Shown here piece by piece: positions 17,770-26,314 of a stretch of DNA of 64,000 nt. The notes under the pieces are model-generated. The model made no database searches and had not been told where the DNA came from. It worked only from the letters and a program-made list of their open reading frames with translations. The number at the start of each line of letters is the position of its first letter. The first letter of the stretch is position 1. Source of the DNA: Christensenellaceae bacterium. Lineage in GTDB: Bacteria > Bacillota > Clostridia > Christensenellales > Borkfalkiaceae. The DNA lies in NCBI GenBank assembly GCA_045637905.1, contig JAZUAJ010000008.1, positions 25,085-89,084 on the forward strand, written 5' to 3'. The position numbers and the translations under genes were made by a program.

Positions 17770-18450
17770 TTAACGTTCTATTAAATTAACTAACTTGTCT
17801 AAAGTGTTGTTTTTCTTTAATATTAGTGATACTATTAAGCAGATTAAATAGTCTGGAACTAAGTAAGTAACTTGATATAAAAGAGAGTAAACAAAAGCGT
17901 TATCTTGTGGTAAATTAGCCCAAATGCCACCGTTTACAAAATATAAAATACCGCTTATAAAGTGGAAGATAAATCTAAGTGCAAACGTAAGGCTTAATCC
18001 TACTATAAACGCGTTTTTGCCTTTTATAAACTTTCTTGCAAGTGGCATCATTATAATTGATGAAAAAGCAAAAATAAAATCTAAAAAGAAAGTTGCGTAG
18101 TTAAAAATATACGCACCGCCTTCAAAGAACTGCAAAATACCGTATATAATACCAACGAAAAGCGCTGGTAAAAAGCCAAAAGCGTAAGCATATATAGCAA
18201 TTGCAAGCATACTGCAAAGCGTTATGCTTCCGCCGTACGTAACGGGTTTAACCTTTATAATTGAAAGAACGAAACTCGTTGCAATACAGAGCCCTGCAAA
18301 AACTAAAGTTTTTGTTTCAAAAGTCTTTTTTCTAAACGAAAAAGCAACAATCATTAACGCTAAAATTACCGCAACAATTATGCTAACGGTTACAAACGTT
18401 TTACTTGCGGTGTCGTCAATAACACCAAAAACCGACAATAAATTAAACAT
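17770..18450 (-). CDS. thiT: ECF-transporter S component, thiamine-specific (ThiT-like)
   Basis: 6-TM protein with a YGGSITLCSML motif. Preceded by a TPP riboswitch. Start set at ATG 18450 (MFNLLSVFG), which has an AAAGGAG RBS, rather than the track's TTG at 18468. Confidence 0.72.
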   Translation of the reverse strand: MFNLLSVFGVIDDTASKTFVTVSIIVAVILALMIVAFSFRKKTFETKTLVFAGLCIATSFVLSIIKVKPVTYGGSITLCSMLAIAIYAYAFGFLPALFVGIIYGILQFFEGGAYIFNYATFFLDFIFAFSSIIMMPLARKFIKGKNAFIVGLSLTFALRFIFHFISGILYFVNGGIWANLPQDNAFVYSLLYQVTYLVPDYLICLIVSLILKKNNTLDKLVNLIER

Positions 18451-18464
18451 AAAAATCTCCTTTA

Positions 18465-18503
18465 ACAAAATAACCCCTAAAAGTTTAAACTCTTAGGGGT
18501 TTT
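18465..18503 (-). terminator. TPP-riboswitch expression-platform terminator
   Basis: The minus strand reads AAAACCCCTAAGAGTTTAAACTTTTAGGGGTTATTTT (stem CCCCTAA/TTAGGGG) between the aptamer and the RBS. Confidence 0.7.
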
Positions 18504-18514
18504 ATACACGCAAA

Positions 18515-18592
18515 AAGATTACTTCCATTCAAGCATTACCTTGACAGGTTCAAAGGGTATAATCTCAGCCGTTACAGCACCCCTGCGTTTAA
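18515..18592 (-). promoter_or_regulatory. TPP (THI-box) riboswitch aptamer
   Basis: The minus strand reads CAGGGGTGCtgtaacgGCTGAGAttatACCCTTTGAACCTGtcaaGGTAATGCttgaatGGAAG. It contains the conserved GGGGUGC, CUGAGA and ACCCUUUGAACCUG blocks. Confidence 0.85.
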
Positions 18593-18703
18593 TTTTGTTG
18601 TAAATAGTCTACTAAAAATTTTAGAAAATGTCAATAATATTTCATAATGTATTGAAAATTTTATTTTTTTATGTTAGAATATATAAACGAATTAGGTAAA
18701 ATT

Positions 18704-19282
18704 ATGAAATACGATTTTTTTGCATATTTAAATAGGTTAAAATACATAAAGCGTTGGTCGCTTATGCGCTCAAATTATGAAGAAAACGTTTTAGAGCATA
18801 CAAACCAAGTAGTTATAGTAACTCACGCGCTTGCAACTATAAAAAACAAGTTGTTTAAAGGCAACGTTGACGTTTTAAAAGCGGTTTTATACGCCGAATA
18901 TCACGAAACGGGCGAAGTTATAACGGGCGATATGCCAACGCCTATAAAATACTTTAACGCTCAAATAAATAGCGCGTATAAAGATATTGAAAAGGGCGCG
19001 TGCGTTAAACTTTTAAATTCTTTACCAAGCGAAATAAAAGAAGAATACGAGCAGTTCGTTATTCCAAACGAAAGTAGCGAAGAATATAAAATTATGAAAT
19101 GTGCCGACACTATTTGTGCATATATCAAATGCGTTGAAGAACTTAAACTTGGAAATAGCGAATTTAAAAAGGCAAAAGACAGTATTTACGGTAAATTATT
19201 AAGTATTGAAAGGGAAGAAGTTAAGTATTTTATAAAGGAAGTTTTACCCGTTTACAGTTTAACTTTAGATGAACTTGAATAA
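18704..19282 (+). CDS. HD-domain 5'-deoxynucleotidase (YfbR-like)
   Basis: MKYDFFAYLNRLKYIKRWSLMRSNYEENVLEHT...EYHETGEVITGD. This shows H...HD-type metal ligands and the YfbR-family RW motif. Start chosen at 18704 (AGGT RBS) rather than 18671. Confidence 0.78.
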   Translation: MKYDFFAYLNRLKYIKRWSLMRSNYEENVLEHTNQVVIVTHALATIKNKLFKGNVDVLKAVLYAEYHETGEVITGDMPTPIKYFNAQINSAYKDIEKGACVKLLNSLPSEIKEEYEQFVIPNESSEEYKIMKCADTICAYIKCVEELKLGNSEFKKAKDSIYGKLLSIEREEVKYFIKEVLPVYSLTLDELE

Positions 19283-19333
19283 CTTTTTTTTCGTTATATA
19301 CATAAATTAAAATATGAAAGGCAGGAAATAATA

Positions 19334-19909
19334 ATGAAAATTTGTGTTTACGGTGCGTCAAGCAACCAAATAGATAAAAATTTAATAAAAGTAGGCGAAG
19401 ATTTAGGCGAAGAAATGGCAAAGCGCGGTATTCCGCTAATTTTTGGCGCGGGTGCTAACGGTATGATGGGCGCGGTTGCGCGCGGAATTACCAAAGGTGG
19501 CGGACATATGACGGGTATTGCGCCAAGTTTTTTTGAAGTTGACGGCGTTATTTACGACAAGTGCGACGAACTTATTCGCCCCGAAACAATGTGGGACAGA
19601 AAAACACTTCTTCGCGACTTTGCAGACGCGTACATTGTAACCCCGGGTGGCATAGGTACTATGGACGAATTTTTTGAAGTTTTAACGCTTAAACAACTTG
19701 GCAGAACGGAAAAGGCGATTGTCATTTTGAATACCGACGGGTTTTACGACGAGTTGCTTGACTTGCTTAACAACTTTATTAAAAACAAGTCGGTTAAAAA
19801 GTCGGTTTACGAACTCTTTTACGTTACTACGAGCATAACCGACGCACTCGATTATATTGAAAATTATAATCCCGAATCGACCGACGCTAAAAAATATAAA
19901 TTTATTTAA
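19334..19909 (+). CDS. LOG-family (TIGR00730) nucleotide phosphoribohydrolase
   Basis: GAGANGMMGAVARG and PGGIGTMDEFFE motifs. 191 aa. Confidence 0.85.
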   Translation: MKICVYGASSNQIDKNLIKVGEDLGEEMAKRGIPLIFGAGANGMMGAVARGITKGGGHMTGIAPSFFEVDGVIYDKCDELIRPETMWDRKTLLRDFADAYIVTPGGIGTMDEFFEVLTLKQLGRTEKAIVILNTDGFYDELLDLLNNFIKNKSVKKSVYELFYVTTSITDALDYIENYNPESTDAKKYKFI

Positions 19910-19913
19910 TAAC

Positions 19914-19950
19914 AAAAGCACTTTGCTAATTTTTGCAAGGTGCTTTTTTA
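19914..19950. terminator. bidirectional terminator
   Basis: Stem GCACTTTGC/GCAAGGTGC (one G-T pair) flanked by A-run and T6. Confidence 0.7.
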
Positions 19951-19971
19951 ATGCTTTTTATTAAAAATTTC

Positions 19972-20700
19972 CTATAAAAGTTCGTTTTTTTCGGGCATAT
20001 TTTTGTGATAACGGCGTGGCATGTAATTTAGCATTTGCCTTTCGTTTTTACGCTCTTTTATGAAAACCGTGTCGTAGTAAGTTTTAAAAAGTTTAGCGTA
20101 GTCGTCGCTTATTTTTGCCTTTTTGTATAGGTTAAAATGCCTTTCGGTTTTGCCTTTAAAAGTTGCGTATAACTTTCCGTTTTTAACGTCGTGCAGTATA
20201 AAGGGTATAGCGTAAAACCGCTTTTTAAAATGCGGTAAAATTAAGTCTATAATATCGTTATCGGGTTCAAAACAAGCGTAAAAAACTCCGTTTTGACTTT
20301 TAGAAAATCTTATAAAACCTAAAAATCGGTGCGCTTCAAGCCTAACGGCGTCAACTATTTTATTAAGGTTAAAAAAGTGAAAATCGCTAAAATTTAAGAG
20401 CAAATCTTTTTTAACTAATATGGTTTTTATAATACAGTTAAAAATAACTTCGTGCCTCTTATCGCTATTACTTTTAAACGCAACTTCTAAGTAAGTAAAA
20501 GTTTTTGCACTTATTTTAATAAGTGCATTTTTTACTTTTTTGTAAATTTCTAAGTTTGTTTCTATTTCAATATGTTCAAGTAAAAAGCAAGGCTCGTAAT
20601 TTAGTTTTGAATAAATTTTAGGAGTTTCCTTGTTTTTTAAGGCGTAGTATGCCGAAGTAAAAATGCCTTCAAAAGTAGAATCGTAAACGTAACATTTCAT
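19972..20700 (-). CDS. TIGR03915/DUF4130-like putative DNA metabolism protein (partner of the radical-SAM repair protein)
   Basis: MKCYVYDSTFEGIFTSAYYAL... and EAHRFLGFIRFS...GVFYACFEPDNDIIDLILPHFKKRF match my recollection of this family. ATGA overlap with the upstream radical-SAM gene. Confidence 0.72.
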   Translation of the reverse strand: MKCYVYDSTFEGIFTSAYYALKNKETPKIYSKLNYEPCFLLEHIEIETNLEIYKKVKNALIKISAKTFTYLEVAFKSNSDKRHEVIFNCIIKTILVKKDLLLNFSDFHFFNLNKIVDAVRLEAHRFLGFIRFSKSQNGVFYACFEPDNDIIDLILPHFKKRFYAIPFILHDVKNGKLYATFKGKTERHFNLYKKAKISDDYAKLFKTYYDTVFIKERKNERQMLNYMPRRYHKNMPEKNELL

Positions 20701-21944
20701 AGTTCACCCGTTATAACTGAAAGAGAATTTTCGTAATTTGAAAACATGCTAAGTTGTTCTATACTGCTTTCATTTTCAATTTGTAGTAGGCTATTTTTTA
20801 CGTCGATTTCTCTTTTTAATCCGTTAAATTTTCCGTTAGCCGTTATAAAATGCCTTGCTCGTTTTAAACTAATTTTCATTTGAATTAAATCTTCGTAACT
20901 AAGCGCGCCGTATCTTCTTGCGCTTATTATTTTGTACGCGCTTTTCAAGCCTATTCCGGGAACTTTTATAAGCATTTCAACGGGTGCTATATTTATTTCA
21001 ATAGGGAATAATTCTTGATGTTTAAGCGCCCAAGCGCATTTAGGGTCGTATTCTAAAAGTAAATTTTCGTTTTCGCTTAAAAGTTCGTCTACTTTAAAGC
21101 CGTAAAATCTAAGTAGCCAGTCCGCTTGATATAGCCTATGTTCTCGTAATAACCCCGTTGGCGTTTTTGGTAGTAATTCTTCGTTTAAATTAAGCGGTGC
21201 ATAAGACGAGTAGTAAACGCGCTTTAACTCGTATTTATTGTAAAGCGCGCTCGTTAGCCTTAAAATTTTTCCGTCGCTTTCGGGGCTTGCGCCAACTATC
21301 ATTTGAGTGGTTTGACCCGCGGGTAAAAATTTGCTTTTTATCGACTTATCCGCCTGCTTTTCACCGCTTATCATACTCATAGGCAAAAGTATGCTCTTTT
21401 TAGATTTTTGCGGTGCAAGTAAGCGTAAACTTTGCTCGCTTGGTAGTTCTAAGTTAAAACTCATACGGTCAACGTATTCGCCGGCGCGCATTATTAAAAG
21501 GTTATCTGCACCGGGTATGCCTTTTAAGTGAATATATCCGTTAAAATTATAAAGTTTTCTAAGCCTAATAACCGTGTCTAAAAGTAGTTCCATTGTGTAA
21601 TTTGCGTTTTTGTATACGGCGGAAGATAAAAATAAGCCTTCTATATAGTTTCGCTTGTAAAATTCCATTGTAATTTCGCAAATTTCGTTAGGCGTCATTA
21701 TAGCGCGCGGAACGTCGTTACTGCGCCTGCTTTGGCAGTATAAACAGTCGTACGAGCAAATATTAGTCATTAAAATTTTTAAAAGGGAAATACAGCGCCC
21801 GTCTTTTGTAAACGAGTGGCATATTCCGCCGTAAGCACCGCTACCTATGCCTTGCTTGTTTTTTCTACTACTGCCAGACGACGAGCAAGACACGTCGTAC
21901 TTAGCACTTTCCGTTAAAATTCTCAACTTTTCTTCAAGTTCCAT
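20697..21944 (-). CDS. putative DNA modification/repair radical SAM protein (TIGR03916-like) with C-terminal helix-hairpin-helix region
   Basis: CSYDCLYC (CxxxCxxC) cluster motif. N-terminal AKYDVSCSSSGS. C-terminal VPGIGLKSAYKI. Start set at MELEEKL (21944), because the track's ATG at 21977 lies inside the LexA box. Confidence 0.78.
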   Translation of the reverse strand: MELEEKLRILTESAKYDVSCSSSGSSRKNKQGIGSGAYGGICHSFTKDGRCISLLKILMTNICSYDCLYCQSRRSNDVPRAIMTPNEICEITMEFYKRNYIEGLFLSSAVYKNANYTMELLLDTVIRLRKLYNFNGYIHLKGIPGADNLLIMRAGEYVDRMSFNLELPSEQSLRLLAPQKSKKSILLPMSMISGEKQADKSIKSKFLPAGQTTQMIVGASPESDGKILRLTSALYNKYELKRVYYSSYAPLNLNEELLPKTPTGLLREHRLYQADWLLRFYGFKVDELLSENENLLLEYDPKCAWALKHQELFPIEINIAPVEMLIKVPGIGLKSAYKIISARRYGALSYEDLIQMKISLKRARHFITANGKFNGLKREIDVKNSLLQIENESSIEQLSMFSNYENSLSVITGEL

Positions 21945-21962
21945 ATCGTTACCGCCTATATA

Positions 21963-21976
21963 CGAACATTTGTTCA
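21963..21976. promoter_or_regulatory. LexA (Cheo/SOS) box
   Basis: CGAACATTTGTTCA matches 12 of 14 positions of the Gram-positive palindrome CGAACATATGTTCG. It lies immediately downstream of the -10 element of the minus-strand promoter. Confidence 0.65.
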
Positions 21977-21977
21977 T

Positions 21978-22006
21978 ATTTTAGCATAACTAAAAGCAAA
22001 AGTCAA
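21978..22006 (-). promoter_or_regulatory. sigma-A promoter of the radical-SAM operon
   Basis: Minus strand TTGACT (22006-22001), 17 nt spacer, TAAAAT (21983-21978). Confidence 0.5.
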
Positions 22007-22102
22007 ACGTTTGTTTGCAAAAATTCAACAGTCATAAAAACTTTTTTAAGGCGGTACAAGGTAGTATAATGTTAGTGGGGGAAAGCGGTTAAAGGAGAAT
22101 AA

Positions 22103-24289
22103 ATGACAGGCAAAATTATTGGCAAGCGCGTTGTGCCTAACGTTTTTGAGTTTTACGAAAAAGACGCGGGGTCTTGTAGCGTAAAGTTTATTGTCGAAAA
22201 GCAAAACGACGGCGTTAATTTTGAGTATTTAAAAGGGTTTGCGAATATCGAATACGAAAGCGGTAGAATTGATAGAGTTATGCTTAATAAGAGCGTTGAC
22301 GGCTCTAACTGTGTTTACGAACTCGTTGTTACAGGCGCGCTAACAAGCGAAGAAGGCAAGCATAGAATTCAACTTTCGTTTGAAAACGAAGAATTAGGCA
22401 TAGTTTACAAAACTTGCATTTTTACTTTTGCGGTGTGCGAGTCTATTGACGGTAACTTGGCGTACGAAAATATTGCGCCTTCCATTGTAAACGAACTTGA
22501 AGAAAAAATGGTTGAAACGCTTTCAGAGTGTAACTCTATTAAAGAAGAAACCGCTTCCGTTGCAAATCAAATTGTAAACGATAAAAGCGAAGTAGATTAT
22601 TTAAAAAACGAGTGTTACTACTACTATAACGAATCGTGCACTAATAAAGACGAGGCTTACTACTATAAAGAAGAAGCGAACAAAATTTTTGAAGATACCA
22701 AAGAGTTTTATAACGAAGTTATAAACGGCAGTTACGTAACGTCTATAAACAATAAAAAAGGCGACGTTATTTTAACCGCAAGCGACATTGAAGGGCTTGA
22801 AAACGTAGGGTCGGGCGGTAATAAAGAATATGTACTTATAAACGGAGAAGAGGGCGACATACACGTAAAAAACGGCAGTTCTATTTTTATTAGTTATGCC
22901 AAAAAAATAAATCTTTATAGCGACCTTCTTGACGGCGAAAAGGGTGCTAATGCCGAAATTTATTGGAGAATAGACGGAGAAGTTCCACAAATTTATGCAA
23001 GTCCTAATTTTTATTTTCACGGCGACAATTGTGAAGGTGCTGTATTTAAGCCTTACGAAGGCAACTATTATATGCGCGTTTATAAGGTGGAGCAAAGCGG
23101 AAAAATTTACGTTGAAGTTAAAACGTTAAACACCCTTTATTGGAGTTTTAAAAATGTTCAAGGCCTTCCTGCCGTTGTCAACTTTGAAAAGGGTGTTGAC
23201 TTTATAAACAACGTTGTAATTAACGGTAGTTTGGCAACCGAAACGGTAAACGGCGTTGAAACGTTTTGCTATCCCGTTAGGGGCGTAGGCGAGCCCGTTA
23301 TTGACGAAAACGGACAAACTAAATACAAGATAGAAATTGTAACTCAAAACGCAAACGCTTTAAGCATTTCTTATTTATATGACGCGGTTGATAGTTATAC
23401 CGTTTCTTTTAATGAAACGAGCGGTCTTATTGATTTTTACGGAACTGCTTATATGGAATATGAAACGTGCGGACAGTTAAATTCGCCTATTAAAAAAGGC
23501 TCTACGGTATTTTTTAACGCGTTTAATATTGCAAGCAATATTAACACTCAATTAACAGACGGTGTTTTAATTGAATTTACACTTTGTAGCGACAGTAGCG
23601 ACGTTTTAAAAATAGGCATAGATTACGCCGGCAACCCTTGTTTAATTGACGGATATTCTAACAGCGCTTATTTAGAAGAAGATATCACTTATATTAAAGT
23701 AAAACATTTGGAAAGGGCTATGGGAACTGAGTTTAACAATAGCGTTGGTTTAACCGTGTCGGTAGGCGCGCCTATGCAAGAGTTTCAAAAGTCGCAATTT
23801 AGCAAAGCGGAAGTGTATTTAGATAAGCCTTTACTTAAACTTGGCACTAACGTTGAAAAATTAAATTTAAGAGAAGGAACTTTAACCAACAATATTCAAA
23901 TAAAAACAATAAACAGCAAAAGCGAATTAGAACCGCTTAGCGATAGCGTTGACGCGCCTGCCGTTAAAAAGTTTGGTGCAGGCTTTGCACCAGTTCCATA
24001 TTATAGCGTTCAACTTTGGATACACGGAAAATCTTACCAAGACAGTATTAATAGCGTAAAAGTAAATTCTAATAAGAATTTAGAGTTTAAAAAAGAAATT
24101 TTTGGAACGTATCAAAATTTTGATGAAAGCGTATTTCCTATGCACTTAATTTATTACTGTCCTTTGTCTAACGTAAAAATTCCTTTACGACCTTTTATCA
24201 AGGTGTTTGAAGGCAATACTACCGTAGATATAGTGGGCGGAGAAAAACCAAGTGGCGGAAGTGTCGGTTATCCAAAAAAAAGCGGTTAA
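22103..24289 (+). CDS. hypothetical protein with phage baseplate/tail-fibre-like N-terminus (BppU_N-like) and Tyr-rich coiled coil
   Basis: 728-aa ORF with an AAAGGAG RBS and no signal peptide. The N-terminal ~115 aa resemble the Ig-like BppU N-domain. The GDVILTASDIEGL motif is typical of phage fibre proteins. The ORF is solid; the function call is tentative. Confidence 0.5.
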   Translation: MTGKIIGKRVVPNVFEFYEKDAGSCSVKFIVEKQNDGVNFEYLKGFANIEYESGRIDRVMLNKSVDGSNCVYELVVTGALTSEEGKHRIQLSFENEELGIVYKTCIFTFAVCESIDGNLAYENIAPSIVNELEEKMVETLSECNSIKEETASVANQIVNDKSEVDYLKNECYYYYNESCTNKDEAYYYKEEANKIFEDTKEFYNEVINGSYVTSINNKKGDVILTASDIEGLENVGSGGNKEYVLINGEEGDIHVKNGSSIFISYAKKINLYSDLLDGEKGANAEIYWRIDGEVPQIYASPNFYFHGDNCEGAVFKPYEGNYYMRVYKVEQSGKIYVEVKTLNTLYWSFKNVQGLPAVVNFEKGVDFINNVVINGSLATETVNGVETFCYPVRGVGEPVIDENGQTKYKIEIVTQNANALSISYLYDAVDSYTVSFNETSGLIDFYGTAYMEYETCGQLNSPIKKGSTVFFNAFNIASNINTQLTDGVLIEFTLCSDSSDVLKIGIDYAGNPCLIDGYSNSAYLEEDITYIKVKHLERAMGTEFNNSVGLTVSVGAPMQEFQKSQFSKAEVYLDKPLLKLGTNVEKLNLREGTLTNNIQIKTINSKSELEPLSDSVDAPAVKKFGAGFAPVPYYSVQLWIHGKSYQDSINSVKVNSNKNLEFKKEIFGTYQNFDESVFPMHLIYYCPLSNVKIPLRPFIKVFEGNTTVDIVGGEKPSGGSVGYPKKSG

Positions 24290-24352
24290 AACATTGACTT
24301 TTTTTAACTAAAAGTATAAAATATAGTTATTACTTTAATTTGGAGTGTTTTT

Positions 24353-26152
24353 ATGCTTGAAAATATGGGTCAACTTAGAAGAACTAACTACTGTGGCGAT
24401 TTTGGAATTGAAAACGTTGGTAACGTCGTTACGGTTATGGGTTGGGTTCAAAAAAGAAGAAATTTAGGTAGCCTTTTGTTTATAGACCTTCGTGATAGAA
24501 CGGGTTTAGTGCAAATAGTTTTAGACCAATCTGTAACACCTGCATTGTTTGAAAAAGCGGAAGGCGTTCGTTCGGAATTCGTTTTAGCAGTTAGCGGAAC
24601 GGTAAGAGAGCGTCAAAGCAAAACTAATAAAATAAAGACGGGTGACGTTGAAATTGTTGCCGAAGAATTAAACGTTTTATCGGAAAGTGACGTTCCACCG
24701 TTTGAAATTTTAGACGATATTTCGGTAAACGAAAATTTAAGGCTTAAATATAGATATCTTGATTTAAGGCGTCCTACTTTACAAAACAATTTATACACGC
24801 GCTTTAAAATTTCAAGTGCCGCGCGCCATTATCTTGACGACAACAACTTTATCGAAGTTGAAACGCCTATGCTTGGCAAATCTTCGCCCGAAGGCGCAAG
24901 GGAATATTTAGTTCCTTCACGCGTGCATCCAACTTGCTTTTACGCGTTGCCACAATCTCCGCAACTTTTTAAGCAACTCTTAATGATTTCGGGTTTTGAT
25001 AGGTACTATCAAATTACTAAATGTTTTAGAGATGAAGATTTGCGCGCAAACCGACAACCAGAGTTTACGCAAATCGACCTTGAAATGAGTTTTGTTGAAA
25101 ACGTTGAAGACGTGTTGTATCCCGTTGAAGGTCTTATTAAAAACATTTTTAAAGAATCTGCGGGCATTGACCTTGGCGAAGGTCATTTTAGGCGCTTATC
25201 GTATAAAGAAGCAATGTCGCGCTATGGCTCGGATAAGCCTGACACAAGGTTTGGCTTAGAACTTTGCGACGTTTCGGATATTGCCAAAAACGTTGATTTC
25301 CAAGTTTTTCAAAACGCGCTTTCTATTGACGGTGTAATTAAAGGTAGCGTTCGCGCAATTAACGCAAAAGGCTTTGCTTCTAAACTTTCAAGAAAAGACA
25401 TCGACGGTTTAGTTGAATTCGTTAAAACTCTTGGTGCAAAAGGTCTTGCTTGGCTTTCTTATCCACAAGGCGGGGAAATTAAAGGCTCAATTATTAAGTT
25501 CTTAACCGAGCAAAATATTAAAGATTTTAGCGAAAGGCTTAACTTTGAAGAGGGCGACGTATTATTCTTTGCCGCTGATAAAGATACCGTTGTTTATAAC
25601 GCTCTTGGCGGTTTAAGGCTTCATTTAGGCGAAAAATACGGCTTAATTGATAAAAATAGTTACGATATCTTATGGGTAACGGAATTCCCTATGTTCGAAT
25701 ATAGCGAAGAAGAAGATAGGTACGTTGCCGTTCACCATCCGTTTACCGCTCCTATGGACGAAGATTTAGAACTTTGCGAAAAAGACCCTGCAAAAGCAAG
25801 GGCAAAGGCGTACGACATAGTTATTAACGGTCAAGAAGCGGGCGGTGGCTCAATAAGAATTCATAGGCGTGATATTCAACAAAAAATGTTTGAAATTTTA
25901 GGCTTTACGCCAGAAGATATTCAAAACAAATTCGGCTTCTTTGTAGACGCGTTCAAGTACGGTGCTCCACCACACGGCGGTTTAGCGCTTGGGCTTGATA
26001 GATTAGTTATGCTCATTACTAAAAGCGATTCTATTAAAGACGTTATTGCTTTTCCTAAAGTACAAACTGCGTCTTGCTTAATGACCGGCGCGCCAGACTT
26101 AGTTGACGAAAAACAACTTAAAGAATTGCACGTAACCGCATTTAAAAACTAA
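24353..26152 (+). CDS. aspS: aspartate--tRNA ligase
   Basis: 599 aa. FRDEDLRANRQPEFTQID class II motif 2. GLDRLVM motif 3. Confidence 0.93.
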   Translation: MLENMGQLRRTNYCGDFGIENVGNVVTVMGWVQKRRNLGSLLFIDLRDRTGLVQIVLDQSVTPALFEKAEGVRSEFVLAVSGTVRERQSKTNKIKTGDVEIVAEELNVLSESDVPPFEILDDISVNENLRLKYRYLDLRRPTLQNNLYTRFKISSAARHYLDDNNFIEVETPMLGKSSPEGAREYLVPSRVHPTCFYALPQSPQLFKQLLMISGFDRYYQITKCFRDEDLRANRQPEFTQIDLEMSFVENVEDVLYPVEGLIKNIFKESAGIDLGEGHFRRLSYKEAMSRYGSDKPDTRFGLELCDVSDIAKNVDFQVFQNALSIDGVIKGSVRAINAKGFASKLSRKDIDGLVEFVKTLGAKGLAWLSYPQGGEIKGSIIKFLTEQNIKDFSERLNFEEGDVLFFAADKDTVVYNALGGLRLHLGEKYGLIDKNSYDILWVTEFPMFEYSEEEDRYVAVHHPFTAPMDEDLELCEKDPAKARAKAYDIVINGQEAGGGSIRIHRRDIQQKMFEILGFTPEDIQNKFGFFVDAFKYGAPPHGGLALGLDRLVMLITKSDSIKDVIAFPKVQTASCLMTGAPDLVDEKQLKELHVTAFKN

Positions 26153-26158
26153 ATAAAA

Positions 26159-26196
26159 CGAGAGCAAGTATTATAGCAATACTTGCTCTTTTTTGT
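26159..26196 (+). terminator. intrinsic terminator after aspS
   Basis: Perfect 11-bp stem AGAGCAAGTAT/ATACTTGCTCT followed by T6. Confidence 0.8.
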
Positions 26197-26241
26197 TTGA
26201 GTTTTTGCCTAAATTATTTGCAATAATTATTCAAAAATATG

Positions 26242-26269
26242 TTGCTTTTACTAAAAATTGTGTTATAAT
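26242..26269 (+). promoter_or_regulatory. promoter of the uxuA cluster (extended -10)
   Basis: TTGCTT (26242-26247), 16 nt spacer, TGtTATAAT (26261-26269). Confidence 0.5.
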
Positions 26270-26271
26270 GT

Positions 26272-26299
26272 TAGTATATTATACTAAATGGAGTATACT
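26272..26299. promoter_or_regulatory. two palindromic operator-like sites downstream of the -10 element
   Basis: TAGTATAtTATACTA (26272-26286, perfect 7+1+7 palindrome) and AGTATACT (26292-26299, self-complementary). Confidence 0.4.
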
Positions 26300-26314
26300 A
26301 AGGAGATTTTTACT

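Noticed and set aside
22003-22016. Second LexA box CAAACGTTTGTTTG overlapping the -35 element of the radical-SAM promoter
   Set aside because: Both critical tetrads are altered (AAAC and GTTT instead of GAAC and GTTC). It matches only about 10 of 14 consensus positions, too weak to call without binding data.
24290-24352. T-box leaders upstream of aspS (and of asnS at 29792-29922)
   Set aside because: The intergenic regions are only ~60 and ~130 nt, far too short for a T-box. They contain no specifier or T-box motif, only promoter-like elements.
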